DNA from: Spirochaetia bacterium
GTDB lineage: Bacteria > Spirochaetota > Spirochaetia > CADAEX01
Reading direction: 5' to 3'
NCBI GenBank assembly: GCA_045606105.1
Contig: JAZURI010000002.1
Span: forward strand, 192,001 to 256,000
DNA length: 64,000 nucleotides
Under the pieces are notes generated by a model. The model had not been told where the DNA came from, did no database searches, and saw nothing but the letters and a program-made list of their open reading frames with translations. Positions 20,302-29,314 of the stretch are shown piece after piece. Every line of letters starts with the position of its first letter. Positions within the stretch are counted from its first letter, which is position 1. Position numbers and translations under genes: made by a program.

Positions 20302-21261
20302 CTACTCCTCCGCCGGTACCGCTTCTACCGCCTCTATGGTCACAGATACGGAATCGGGAGAAAAATCTATGATATCGACATTTTTTGCAGTTATCACCCT
20401 GAGAGGAACACGGTATATACCCGGCTCCTTAATTCCGCTGACATCTGCGGTAAGCTTCAGGTCTCCGGCCTTTATTCTATCGGCATCTCTTCCGCCGGTC
20501 TCAATCTTGACCACACCCTGGGAAATGACTGAATCTGCGCTCAGGTTGTCGCCGCAGCCCTGAATCTCTATATCAACTGCAGGGAAAGTCTTTGCAGTCC
20601 TGATTCTTGCGATATTGACGGAAAGCATTATGTTCCGGTCCTGGATATCAACAAAGGAATCGGAATTGTCAATCTCGACCACTGTAGTGAAGTTTTCGGT
20701 CTTTCCGTTTATTGAAACAGGCTTGGTCTTGAGTACCTTTATCCTCTGCAGCGATTTTTCAGGCCCCATAGCAGTAACGGTTCCCGGAGTCAGGAAGGAA
20801 CCTGCCAGCTCGTAACCTTCGGCAGGAATACCTATGAACACCGGCTCCAGAGCCAGTCTCTTCATCTTCTTTTCCTCATAGAAAACAGAAATCTTCAGAG
20901 GCTCCACATTTATTTCAAGAGGAGACATATAGAGAGCATTACCCTGTCTTTCAACCTTTACAGCCCTTTCGTAGGAGCCCTCCTCTGTTACATCACGGAA
21001 ATCGGCATAGACATTGATATCATCGCTGATGATGGAATATATGTCATCCCTGTTTCCCTTGAGAGAAATCTTTATGTTCTTAGGAATGTTGTCAACTGTA
21101 ACAAAGCCCTCCGGAGAAAGCACCCTGAACGGTACACGGAGATAACGCTCCTCGATTATGCTCTGCTTGTAGAAAAGGGAGAAAATAACTGCAATGGCCA
21201 GGGAAATAAGCTTTGCTGTCCAGTTTTTTACAAAGAAATTTCTTATCTTGTTGATTTTCAT
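20302..21261 (-). CDS. cdaR: CdaR/YbbR family diadenylate cyclase regulator
   Basis: NWTAKLISLAIA TM segment followed by YbbR-like repeats; overlaps the end of cdaA. Confidence 0.85.
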   Translation of the reverse strand: MKINKIRNFFVKNWTAKLISLAIAVIFSLFYKQSIIEERYLRVPFRVLSPEGFVTVDNIPKNIKISLKGNRDDIYSIISDDINVYADFRDVTEEGSYERAVKVERQGNALYMSPLEINVEPLKISVFYEEKKMKRLALEPVFIGIPAEGYELAGSFLTPGTVTAMGPEKSLQRIKVLKTKPVSINGKTENFTTVVEIDNSDSFVDIQDRNIMLSVNIARIRTAKTFPAVDIEIQGCGDNLSADSVISQGVVKIETGGRDADRIKAGDLKLTADVSGIKEPGIYRVPLRVITAKNVDIIDFSPDSVSVTIEAVEAVPAEE

Positions 21262-22052
21262 TCGTTGTCAGCCTCCTCGTCCGCAAGCTCCGGATTGCCG
21301 AGAACCACAAGACTGTTCAGCCTGCTCTTCAATTCCTCCTCCGGGAGGTTGTAATAGAGATTGGAGTTGTAGGCCAATGAAAGCGCACCTGTCTCCTCCG
21401 AAACCACCAGCACCACGGCATCTGTCTTTTCGGTGATTCCCAGGGCAGCCCTGTGCCTGGTACCGAAGCTTTTCCTGATTCCCTTCTGCTCCGAAAGGGG
21501 AAGAAGACATCCTGCAGAAACGATTTTCTTGCCGGAAATTATGGCTGCACCGTCATGGAGGGCGGTATCCTTTCCGAAAATGGTTATGATGAGACTCGAT
21601 GAGATATCGGCATTGATAACTGTTCCCGAATCGATGAAGTTCCTGAGATTTGCCTGGCGCTCGAAAACTAGGAGACATCCTCTTTTCATGGTGGAAAGAA
21701 TCTGGGCCGCACTGATGATGGTCTCAACCTCGGTACCGATGATCCTGCGCCGTCCGCTGAACATACGGCTCTGTCCCACCTTCAGGAAGAAGCTTTTGAT
21801 TTCCTGCTGGAATACTATGGCCATGATTATGATGAAGCCGTTGGCCAGCTTGTTGAGAAGCCAGAGCATGGTTTCAAGCCGGAGCATGAAGGCAAAGGCA
21901 TAGAGAGTCAGAATGGCAACTATACCCTTTATTACAGGGAGAACCTTGTTCTGAAGAAGTATCTTGTAAATCTGGTAGATTATGAAAGAAAGAAGGAAAA
22001 TATCCAGAACAGGACGGAAATATGTGAGATACATATCATATAAATTTTCCAA
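21258..22052 (-). CDS. cdaA: Diadenylate cyclase CdaA
   Basis: Three TM helices; LHDGA and GTRHRAALG DAC motifs, VVSEETG; TTG start. Confidence 0.95.
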   Translation of the reverse strand: MENLYDMYLTYFRPVLDIFLLSFIIYQIYKILLQNKVLPVIKGIVAILTLYAFAFMLRLETMLWLLNKLANGFIIIMAIVFQQEIKSFFLKVGQSRMFSGRRRIIGTEVETIISAAQILSTMKRGCLLVFERQANLRNFIDSGTVINADISSSLIITIFGKDTALHDGAAIISGKKIVSAGCLLPLSEQKGIRKSFGTRHRAALGITEKTDAVVLVVSEETGALSLAYNSNLYYNLPEEELKSRLNSLVVLGNPELADEEADNE

Positions 22053-22054
22053 AG

Positions 22055-22870
22055 CTACCTCCCATGAGCCAGGTCTATGGCTTTCAGCACATTGATTACA
22101 TCCAGGGTCTCCTTCACATCATGAACCCTGAGAACATCGGCTCCCAGACGGCAGGAAGCGGCTGTACAGGCCAGGGTTCCGGCCAGCCGGTCTCCCGTAT
22201 CCCGTCCCGTTATCCTTCCGATAAAGGACTTCCGTGAATATCCCATGAGTACCGGACACCCCAGCCGCTTCAGGTCAGGAATACCTCCGAAAAGGGCTGT
22301 ATTTCCATCCTGGTCCTTGCCGAAACCGATACCGGGATCCAAGGTTATCCTGTCCCGTTCTATTCCGAGCCGCTGAAGTACACCGATCCTCTCCCCAAGG
22401 TAGGAAACCACCTCCTTTACGGTATCGCCTCCCGGAGGGATATTCTCCATGTGCATTAATATAATATCACATTTATATTTTTTTACAATTTCAATTATTG
22501 ATAAATCGTAAGTTAGTGCTGAAATATCATTTATGATGCTGACACCGGCATCCAAGGCCCTTTCCGCCACCGAACCCTTCCTGGTATCCAGGGAAACGGG
22601 AATCCTTACCCTTCTGCATATTTCATCCAGGAGAGGAAAAAGTCTGGACATCTCCTCCTCTGCAGAAATTATTTCCGAGCCCGGTCTGGAGGATTCTCCC
22701 CCTATATCAATTATGTCTGCCCCGGCATGCTCCATTTCGAGAGCCATTTCCACAGCCTTTTCCAAGGAACCGGTACGGCTTCCCGGATAAAAGGAATCGG
22801 GCGTTGCATTTAGAATCCCCATAACCAGGGGACGGTCTGTCTTTCCCCGCAGGGAGCTGATTATTCCCAT
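22055..22870 (-). CDS. folP: Dihydropteroate synthase
   Basis: Start MGIISSL at 22870; VMGILNATPDSF, DIGGESSRPG, SLDT, INDIS, DPGIGFGK, SRKS, LRVHDV. Confidence 0.95.
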   Translation of the reverse strand: MGIISSLRGKTDRPLVMGILNATPDSFYPGSRTGSLEKAVEMALEMEHAGADIIDIGGESSRPGSEIISAEEEMSRLFPLLDEICRRVRIPVSLDTRKGSVAERALDAGVSIINDISALTYDLSIIEIVKKYKCDIILMHMENIPPGGDTVKEVVSYLGERIGVLQRLGIERDRITLDPGIGFGKDQDGNTALFGGIPDLKRLGCPVLMGYSRKSFIGRITGRDTGDRLAGTLACTAASCRLGADVLRVHDVKETLDVINVLKAIDLAHGR

Positions 22871-22976
22871 ACATCCATTATAGCAGAACATACGAAAAAA
22901 ACAAAACATAAAGCCTTTTTTTTGCCGATAAAGTTTAACTTGTCTTATATAATCTAATAATGTATAATAAAGATGT

Positions 22977-24374
22977 ATGACAGTAGTTATTGTTGGAGCC
23001 GACCGTGTTGGAACCCGGCTGGCAAAAATCCTTATTGAAGAAAAGATGGATGTCATTATCTTTGAGCAGGATCCTGAAAAGGCGGCTGCAGCTTCAGGTG
23101 CTCTGGACTGCCTGGTCCTGAACAAGGACGGAATGAATCCCGATCACCTGAGAGAAGCAAATATAGATAAGGCTGACTACTTTATCTGTCTCACCGGCTC
23201 TGATGAAAGAAACATGATTGCCTGCGGTCTGGTAAACAGGGAATTCGATATCCCGAACAAGATTGCCAGAGTCCACAACATCAATTTCACCCACACCTCC
23301 ATTCTTGAAAAATCATTTCTGGGAATAGATTATATCGTAAACCCTGAGCTGGAGGCGGCAAAGGCCATCATCTCAAAGATTGAGCACGGAGCTACCGGCG
23401 ATATCATGCTTTTCGAGAACAGCATTTTCCAGATCAGAAGCCTTTATGTCTCCAAAGAAAGTATTTTTGCAGGAAAACAGGTAAAGGATATCCGCAGCCT
23501 GGTTCCTATGAAAATCCTTCTTGCCCTTATCATGAAGGAGGACGGATATGTGGTTCCTAAGGGAGATACCCTTATAGAGGAGGGAGATCTTCTTTACATC
23601 ATGGGTACGGAGGAGAATCTTTCCGTCCTTCTGGCCAAGGAAGGAAAAACCCGCGTAGAGCTCAACAAGATGATTATTGTGGGAGGAAATGCCATCTCCA
23701 CCTTCATCTGTGATTATTTCTACAAGAAGGGAAAGATAAACAGAAACAAAAACAATTTCTGGAACATGTGGGCAGGCTCCCAGATAAAGAAAAACATTGC
23801 CATAATCGACAGGGATTATAACCTGTGCAAGGAGCTGGCGGCACGGTTCCCGGAAGCCCTGATACTCAACGAAGATATTTCCGACGAAAATGTACTGGAG
23901 GATGAGGGACTTACCGACGGCGACCTGATAGTAGCAGCCACAAACAACCAGGAGCTGAACATTGTTACGGCCGTCTATGCAAAATCCCTTGGTATAAAGA
24001 AATCTCTGGCCCTGGTAAACAAGACCAGTTATCTCCATATTGCTTCAAGCCTTGGCATTGACGTCCCTGTAAGCCTTAACTACAGTACACTCCAAGGTAT
24101 TCTCAGCTTCATCAGAAGAAAGAATATCAAGAGCTCATATACAATTCCCGAAAGCGATATCGAGGTTGTTCAGATCCAGGTATCGGAAACCAGCATGGTT
24201 GCAGGGATGAAGATTATGGATATTTCCCTGCCATCGCAGACTCTGCTTCTGGCTGTAAGAAGCGGAACAGAGGATATTCTCCCGGGCGGAAATTATGAAA
24301 TCAAGAAGGATGACAACATCATTCTCCTTGTCAAAAAGGACAATATAGAAAAAATACAGTCTATTTTTTCGTGA
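22977..24374 (+). CDS. trkA: Trk potassium uptake gating subunit TrkA (two RCK domains)
   Basis: Tandem RCK_N/RCK_C; LTGSDERNMIAC, KIARV, IVNPELEAA, ATNNQELNI. Confidence 0.92.
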   Translation: MTVVIVGADRVGTRLAKILIEEKMDVIIFEQDPEKAAAASGALDCLVLNKDGMNPDHLREANIDKADYFICLTGSDERNMIACGLVNREFDIPNKIARVHNINFTHTSILEKSFLGIDYIVNPELEAAKAIISKIEHGATGDIMLFENSIFQIRSLYVSKESIFAGKQVKDIRSLVPMKILLALIMKEDGYVVPKGDTLIEEGDLLYIMGTEENLSVLLAKEGKTRVELNKMIIVGGNAISTFICDYFYKKGKINRNKNNFWNMWAGSQIKKNIAIIDRDYNLCKELAARFPEALILNEDISDENVLEDEGLTDGDLIVAATNNQELNIVTAVYAKSLGIKKSLALVNKTSYLHIASSLGIDVPVSLNYSTLQGILSFIRRKNIKSSYTIPESDIEVVQIQVSETSMVAGMKIMDISLPSQTLLLAVRSGTEDILPGGNYEIKKDDNIILLVKKDNIEKIQSIFS

Positions 24375-25831
24375 AGCAAATGAACTTTAAGCTTATTCTG
24401 AAAATCATTTCTATTATTCTCATGGTGGTGGCGGCAGCGCAGATTCCTTCTTTGCTGTGGGCCTTCTATTTTCAGGAACCGGAGATGATTTTCAATTTCC
24501 TGACCACCATCGGTGCCACCACCGCTGTGGCTCTGGTTATTTTCTTTTTCTGCAGAAATCTGAAAACCAATGTACTTTCCATGAAGGACGGATTTTTTAC
24601 CGTAACACTGCTGTGGATAATATCGGCAGCCGCAGGTGCGGCACCGTTCCTCACAGCCGGTGTAACCGATTCCATGGCAACTGCCTTCTTTGAAACCATG
24701 TCGGGGCTTACCACAACCGGAGCCACCGTATTTTCAGATGTGGAATCCTTCCCGAAAAGCCTTCTTTTCTGGCGCAGCACCACCCATTTCCTGGGAGGTA
24801 TGGGAATAGTTGTTCTTACTGTAGCGGTTTTTCCTCTGATCGGAATCAATACCATAAACATGGTAAAGGCTGAAACCACAGGCCCTTCCGTACAGAAAAT
24901 CATGCCTAAGATTGCGGAAACAGCCAGGGTGCTCTGGTACATATACATGATCCTGACCCTGGGCGAGATACTTCTTCTGAAGGCGGCCGGAATGAGCTGG
25001 TTCGACTCAATGACCCACTCCATGGCCACAATTTCCACCGGAGGATTTTCGGTCAGAAACACAAGTCTCTGCTCATATAACTCACTCCCAATAGACCTGA
25101 TTATAACCTTCTTCATGTTTGCCGGCGGAGTAAACTTTGTCCTCTATTTCAGCCTGATTACAGGAAATACAAAGCTTTTCAGAAACAATTCCGAGTTCAA
25201 GGCATACACAGCCATATTCATAATAGCAGCCCTAAGCATTGCATTCTCCCTTTACAGGGCAGACTGCTACTCACTGGTCGACTCCCTGAGGCACGGAAGC
25301 TTCCAGGCCATATCTGTCATGACCACCACAGGTTTTGCCTCTGCAGACTATCTGCAATGGCCTGATTTTGCACAGATGATGCTTCTTGCCCTCATGTTCT
25401 GCGGAGGTTGTGCCGGATCAACTGCCGGCGGTATCAAGGTAATGAGACATGTAATTGTTTTCAAGCAGTCGCTCTTAGACTTGAAAAGAATACTCAGACC
25501 GAAAGCTGTCTATATTCTCAGGGATAACGATATGACCATAAAGAAAGGTACCATACTGGGTGTTTCAAGCTTCATAATCGTTTATCTGATTATAATAGTA
25601 ATCTCATCCCTGGTAATATCCATGGCAGGTTATGATATGGTTACATCGCTTTCTGCGGCACTGGCCACATTGGGTAACATCGGTCCTAGCTTCGGCATGA
25701 TCGGTCCGATGGAATGCTACAGCTTTTTCGGTGACGGAATGAAATGCTTTCTTTCATTCCTTATGCTGGCAGGAAGACTTGAGCTTTATACAGTACTGCT
25801 TCTTTTTACCGGCGTATTCTGGCGCAGATAA
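24371..25831 (+). CDS. trkH: Trk potassium uptake membrane subunit TrkH
   Basis: FFETMSGLTTTGAT, LGGMG, STGGFS, TTTGF, GSTAGGIK, LGNIGP, GRLE. Confidence 0.95.
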   Translation: MKQMNFKLILKIISIILMVVAAAQIPSLLWAFYFQEPEMIFNFLTTIGATTAVALVIFFFCRNLKTNVLSMKDGFFTVTLLWIISAAAGAAPFLTAGVTDSMATAFFETMSGLTTTGATVFSDVESFPKSLLFWRSTTHFLGGMGIVVLTVAVFPLIGINTINMVKAETTGPSVQKIMPKIAETARVLWYIYMILTLGEILLLKAAGMSWFDSMTHSMATISTGGFSVRNTSLCSYNSLPIDLIITFFMFAGGVNFVLYFSLITGNTKLFRNNSEFKAYTAIFIIAALSIAFSLYRADCYSLVDSLRHGSFQAISVMTTTGFASADYLQWPDFAQMMLLALMFCGGCAGSTAGGIKVMRHVIVFKQSLLDLKRILRPKAVYILRDNDMTIKKGTILGVSSFIIVYLIIIVISSLVISMAGYDMVTSLSAALATLGNIGPSFGMIGPMECYSFFGDGMKCFLSFLMLAGRLELYTVLLLFTGVFWRR

Positions 25832-25833
25832 AA

Positions 25834-26433
25834 TTATTTCAACTCAAACCTGATCTCTGCGGTAACGGAGCCTGACACCGCCTTCTCCCCTATTTTTCCG
25901 GGGCTGAAACTCCATTTTCCCACAGCCTTCACAGCGGCATTGTCCAGCAGCTTATATCCGGAGGAGCTGATTATTTCACTTCCCGCAAGCCTCCCCTCCT
26001 CATCGATATTCAGAAGAAGGACAACAGTTCCCGCCAGCCCCTTCTTTACAGCGGCCGGAGGATAAACCGGATCGGGTTTATCCAAAAAAACGGGAGGTGT
26101 ATGGATATCAGGGAGTGATGCTGCTTCCGATACGGCAGCTTCCGGGGGCGACAACACAGCCTCGGCCGACCTGCTGTATACAGCTTCCACTTCCGGGACA
26201 GGGGCCGGAGCCGGCTTTGCCGCAGGAACCGGTATCACGGGAACCTGTACCTTTTCAGGGATAATCTCCCGTTCCGTCCGGACATCCGGGGCTGTGATCC
26301 TCCTTTCCGATATCCTGAACGAGACCCGGGAAGATTCTGTTTTCTCATAGCCATCCATTTCAAAAACCATCCCCAGAACAAGGAGATGAACAGAGAGAGA
26401 AAGAAACAGAATGGCCGGAAAACGCAGTTTCAG
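25834..26433 (-). CDS. tonB: Energy transducer TonB (probable CTG start)
   Basis: Pro-rich linker; PVYPPAA..GLAGTVVL...SSSGYKLLDNAAVKAVGKWSFSPG TonB_C domain. The TM anchor with SxxxH lies in frame upstream of ATG 26370. Confidence 0.85.
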   Translation of the reverse strand: MKLRFPAILFLSLSVHLLVLGMVFEMDGYEKTESSRVSFRISERRITAPDVRTEREIIPEKVQVPVIPVPAAKPAPAPVPEVEAVYSRSAEAVLSPPEAAVSEAASLPDIHTPPVFLDKPDPVYPPAAVKKGLAGTVVLLLNIDEEGRLAGSEIISSSGYKLLDNAAVKAVGKWSFSPGKIGEKAVSGSVTAEIRFELK

Positions 26434-28409
26434 TAGGATAATGAACCTCCGAAGACAAATTCTCTACCCGGCCCGGAATAGAAGGACTCTGTGGGATTGT
26501 ACATGCTGTCATAGCCCACATAGGCGGCGGTGGCATATTCAACATCGAAAAGGTTGTTTACCCTGGCAAAAAGGGATCCCTTGCATTTCCCCTCATGGCT
26601 GTACTTCACGGTAAGACCGGTAATGATATGGGAATCATTTTCATCCATGCTGTTGTCATAATCCTGTCCTATGTAATATTTTCCGGTGAAGATGATATCG
26701 GAGGAAACTGAAAATCCCCGGGGAAGACTGATTTCAGGCACCAATGAAAACCGGTACTCCGGCACCAGCGGCACCCTGTTTCCGTCATGTTCCCCGGCGG
26801 TAAACTCAGCCACATTCCGGCTGTATCCTGCATCAAGGGTAAAAAAACCGGCAGTCAGGGAGGCCTCTGCATTGATACCGTAATGGATGGTATCGTTCAT
26901 GTTCTCGTTTCTGAAGGTGATACCGTTGTATGCAATCTCATCCTTCATGGCAAGCACATACCCCGATGCCCCCAGGGAAAGCCAGCTGATACCGTTGAAG
27001 TTGAAGCCCAACTCAAAGGAATGGCCGTATTCGGGCTCCAGAGAAGAGTTGAAACCCTCGCCGTACCCCTGATAGCTTACCTGCTCGTCGGTAAACGGAG
27101 TCCTGTATACACGGTCATATCTGAAATAGGCATTGCTGCAGTCCGGAAAAAGATAATTGATACCAGCGGTCATGGAGACAGGGGTAAATATTTCCTCATC
27201 ATCTTCAGCTGTGGAGGCAGAACCGAAATCACTCTCAATCTGTTCCCTTTCACCCCTGATACCGAAAGTAAGGGTAAGGGTTTCATCCAGCAGCTTCAGT
27301 TCATTCAAGGCAAATATACCGCCTGAAAGCTTGGTTACATCGTTATCCCATGTTTCGTTTTCCCTGGCCCTGTCATTGAAGCCCCTGGAACGGAGCCTGT
27401 CGGAGTGGAAATCCCCTCCCAGAGTCAGTATGTTGGTAAAGGAGTCTTGGTTAAATGTAAGAATGACAGAGGGTGATACATACAGCGAATTTGTATCCGT
27501 ATCTGTCCATGAGAACCAGGATTCCATGTCGGTTCCATTCTCCTTGTGTTTGAATCCCCCGGTAAGCTTAAGCTTCAGCATATCGGTGGTCTCATGGGTG
27601 ATATGTGCAGCAGCCGAAAACCCGGTCATCTCCGCTTCATCGAAAAAATAGGCTGCCTGCTTGGGATCTTCATCATATTTTTCCTTCAGAAGAGCTCCCG
27701 GCATCTCATAATCGGTTGTGAAGAATGAAAGATTCATACCGGCATCGCACTTTTCATCACTGTAGGAAAGGGCTGTGGAAAGCTGCCTGAGGCTGAATCC
27801 GCTCCTGTCTCTCCATCCCTCCGAGCTTTCCCCCGTACCTGACAGGTAAAGTGAAAGCTTCTCTCCCCCGCCTGACACATACCATCGCTCCGAATGTCCT
27901 CCGAAGGAGGTGACGGAAGCCTCTGCATCTGCAGCCACGCTCTTGTTCCGGTCTGCCCTGCGGGTAAATATACTTATGACTCCGGCCACCGCATTGTTGC
28001 CGTACAGAACCGAGGCGCCTCCCCTCATTATCTCTATTCTTTCCACTGCCGAGGCAGGCAGGGAGAGCCAGTCGGTTCCCGACATGTCGGGATTGTTCTG
28101 TCTTATTCCGTCCACCAGCACCAGTACCCTTCCGTGGGAATTCTCCCCGAAGCCTCTCATGGAAACAGAGGCCTGTGAGCTGTTGCCGTTGAAGGAGGTG
28201 ACTGTAACACCGCCGAAAGTCTCAAGGGCCTGGACAATAGTCCTGTTTTCCAGCTGCTTACTGCTGATTACCGTAATGTCTGCAGGAACTTCGGTAATCT
28301 TCTTTTCATCCCTGGCGGCTGTAACCACAACCTGAATATCTGCCTTTTCCGATGCAATGCACAGGAAAGAACAGAAGAGAAACAGAGATACCATAATGAT
28401 TCTTTTCAA
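26430..28409 (-). CDS. TonB-dependent receptor, probably BtuB-like cobalamin importer
   Basis: TonB box QVVVTA; plug motifs SMRGF, VLVLVDG, ERIEIMRGGASVLYG; VNNLFDVEY; C-terminal aromatic residue; downstream of a B12 riboswitch. Confidence 0.9.
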   Translation of the reverse strand: MKRIIMVSLFLFCSFLCIASEKADIQVVVTAARDEKKITEVPADITVISSKQLENRTIVQALETFGGVTVTSFNGNSSQASVSMRGFGENSHGRVLVLVDGIRQNNPDMSGTDWLSLPASAVERIEIMRGGASVLYGNNAVAGVISIFTRRADRNKSVAADAEASVTSFGGHSERWYVSGGGEKLSLYLSGTGESSEGWRDRSGFSLRQLSTALSYSDEKCDAGMNLSFFTTDYEMPGALLKEKYDEDPKQAAYFFDEAEMTGFSAAAHITHETTDMLKLKLTGGFKHKENGTDMESWFSWTDTDTNSLYVSPSVILTFNQDSFTNILTLGGDFHSDRLRSRGFNDRARENETWDNDVTKLSGGIFALNELKLLDETLTLTFGIRGEREQIESDFGSASTAEDDEEIFTPVSMTAGINYLFPDCSNAYFRYDRVYRTPFTDEQVSYQGYGEGFNSSLEPEYGHSFELGFNFNGISWLSLGASGYVLAMKDEIAYNGITFRNENMNDTIHYGINAEASLTAGFFTLDAGYSRNVAEFTAGEHDGNRVPLVPEYRFSLVPEISLPRGFSVSSDIIFTGKYYIGQDYDNSMDENDSHIITGLTVKYSHEGKCKGSLFARVNNLFDVEYATAAYVGYDSMYNPTESFYSGPGREFVFGGSLSY

Positions 28410-28509
28410 GATAAACTCCTTTTCTGGCTGAGAAAAGAAGCCGAAAGGCAGGAGAAGAGATCCTGTGATTCCGACTCAAATCGCGAAGCCAAATCTTTAA
28501 AATGCATAC

Positions 28510-28660
28510 CAAAGTCTCCCGGCTTGAGGCTTCAGGATTTCTCCTACCGGATATACACCTTCCCAGTTTCCCAGTGGCAAAGTATACCCGTAACCTTTCA
28601 CGGTGGCGCGTCCGCGGGGGAATTACACCCCTCTTCCGTTGAAATATGCTGTTTTTATTC
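28510..28660 (-). ncRNA. Cobalamin riboswitch
   Basis: Minus strand GGAAGAGGGGTGTAATTCCCCCGCGGACGCGCCACCGTGA...GCCACTGGGAAACTGGGAAGG...AAGCCGGGAGAC (B12 box); upstream of the TBDT gene. Confidence 0.93.
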
Positions 28661-28743
28661 TATACCCTTGCCGTAAATAAATCAATATTATTATATTAAA
28701 GTAAAAGGTAAATAAATCCGATAATGGATAAAAGGAGTTCATA

Positions 28744-29181
28744 ATGAAAAAAGCGCTTGTTTTAATTACTGTAGTTGCTCTTATGTTCTGTTTTTTCTCT
28801 TGTAAAACAAGTGAGGAAACAGTAATCGTGGAAGAAGAAGTTGTTGTTGCAGAAACACCTGCCGCTCCGGCTGCTCTTGAAGTTTTCCCTGCAGGAAAAT
28901 GGCTTGATGCAAACTGGGATGCTCTCTGGGTTATCTATGATGATCAGAGTGTAAAACTTTTTGATTCCGTAAGCGGTGACCTGATTTATGATTTCAAGGA
29001 CGGAGCAAAGGATATCAAGATTGAAAAAGAGGGTCTCGGACTCAAGCTTTCATTCAGATGTGATGATACACAGAGATTCTATGCTTTTACAAAGGATGTG
29101 GAAGGTACAGATCTTGAACTGGACATCGACCGTGACTGGACAGATGAACCATACGTTATTGTAATGCCGTTACAGCAGTAA
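28744..29181 (+). CDS. Hypothetical lipoprotein
   Basis: AGGAG SD; MKK..FCFFS-C lipobox; acidic, Pro/Ala linker; own terminator. Confidence 0.8.
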   Translation: MKKALVLITVVALMFCFFSCKTSEETVIVEEEVVVAETPAAPAALEVFPAGKWLDANWDALWVIYDDQSVKLFDSVSGDLIYDFKDGAKDIKIEKEGLGLKLSFRCDDTQRFYAFTKDVEGTDLELDIDRDWTDEPYVIVMPLQQ

Positions 29182-29206
29182 TGCTCTGAAAAGTAACATT
29201 AAGGTT

Positions 29207-29236
29207 GGAGCTGCGGCAACGCAGCTCCTTTTTTTT
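29207..29236 (+). terminator. Intrinsic terminator
   Basis: GGAGCTGCG-GCAA-CGCAGCTCC followed by a T run. Confidence 0.9.
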
Positions 29237-29246
29237 GCCTCCGGGC

Positions 29247-29275
29247 AAAAAAAAGCCGGGTTTTACAAACCCGGC
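29247..29275 (-). terminator. Intrinsic terminator of hydG
   Basis: Minus strand GCCGGGTTT-GTA-AAACCCGGC followed by T8. Confidence 0.88.
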
Positions 29276-29314
29276 CCTTAATCAGTATTCTTTTATATTT
29301 ATAAAGCTCCGGTT

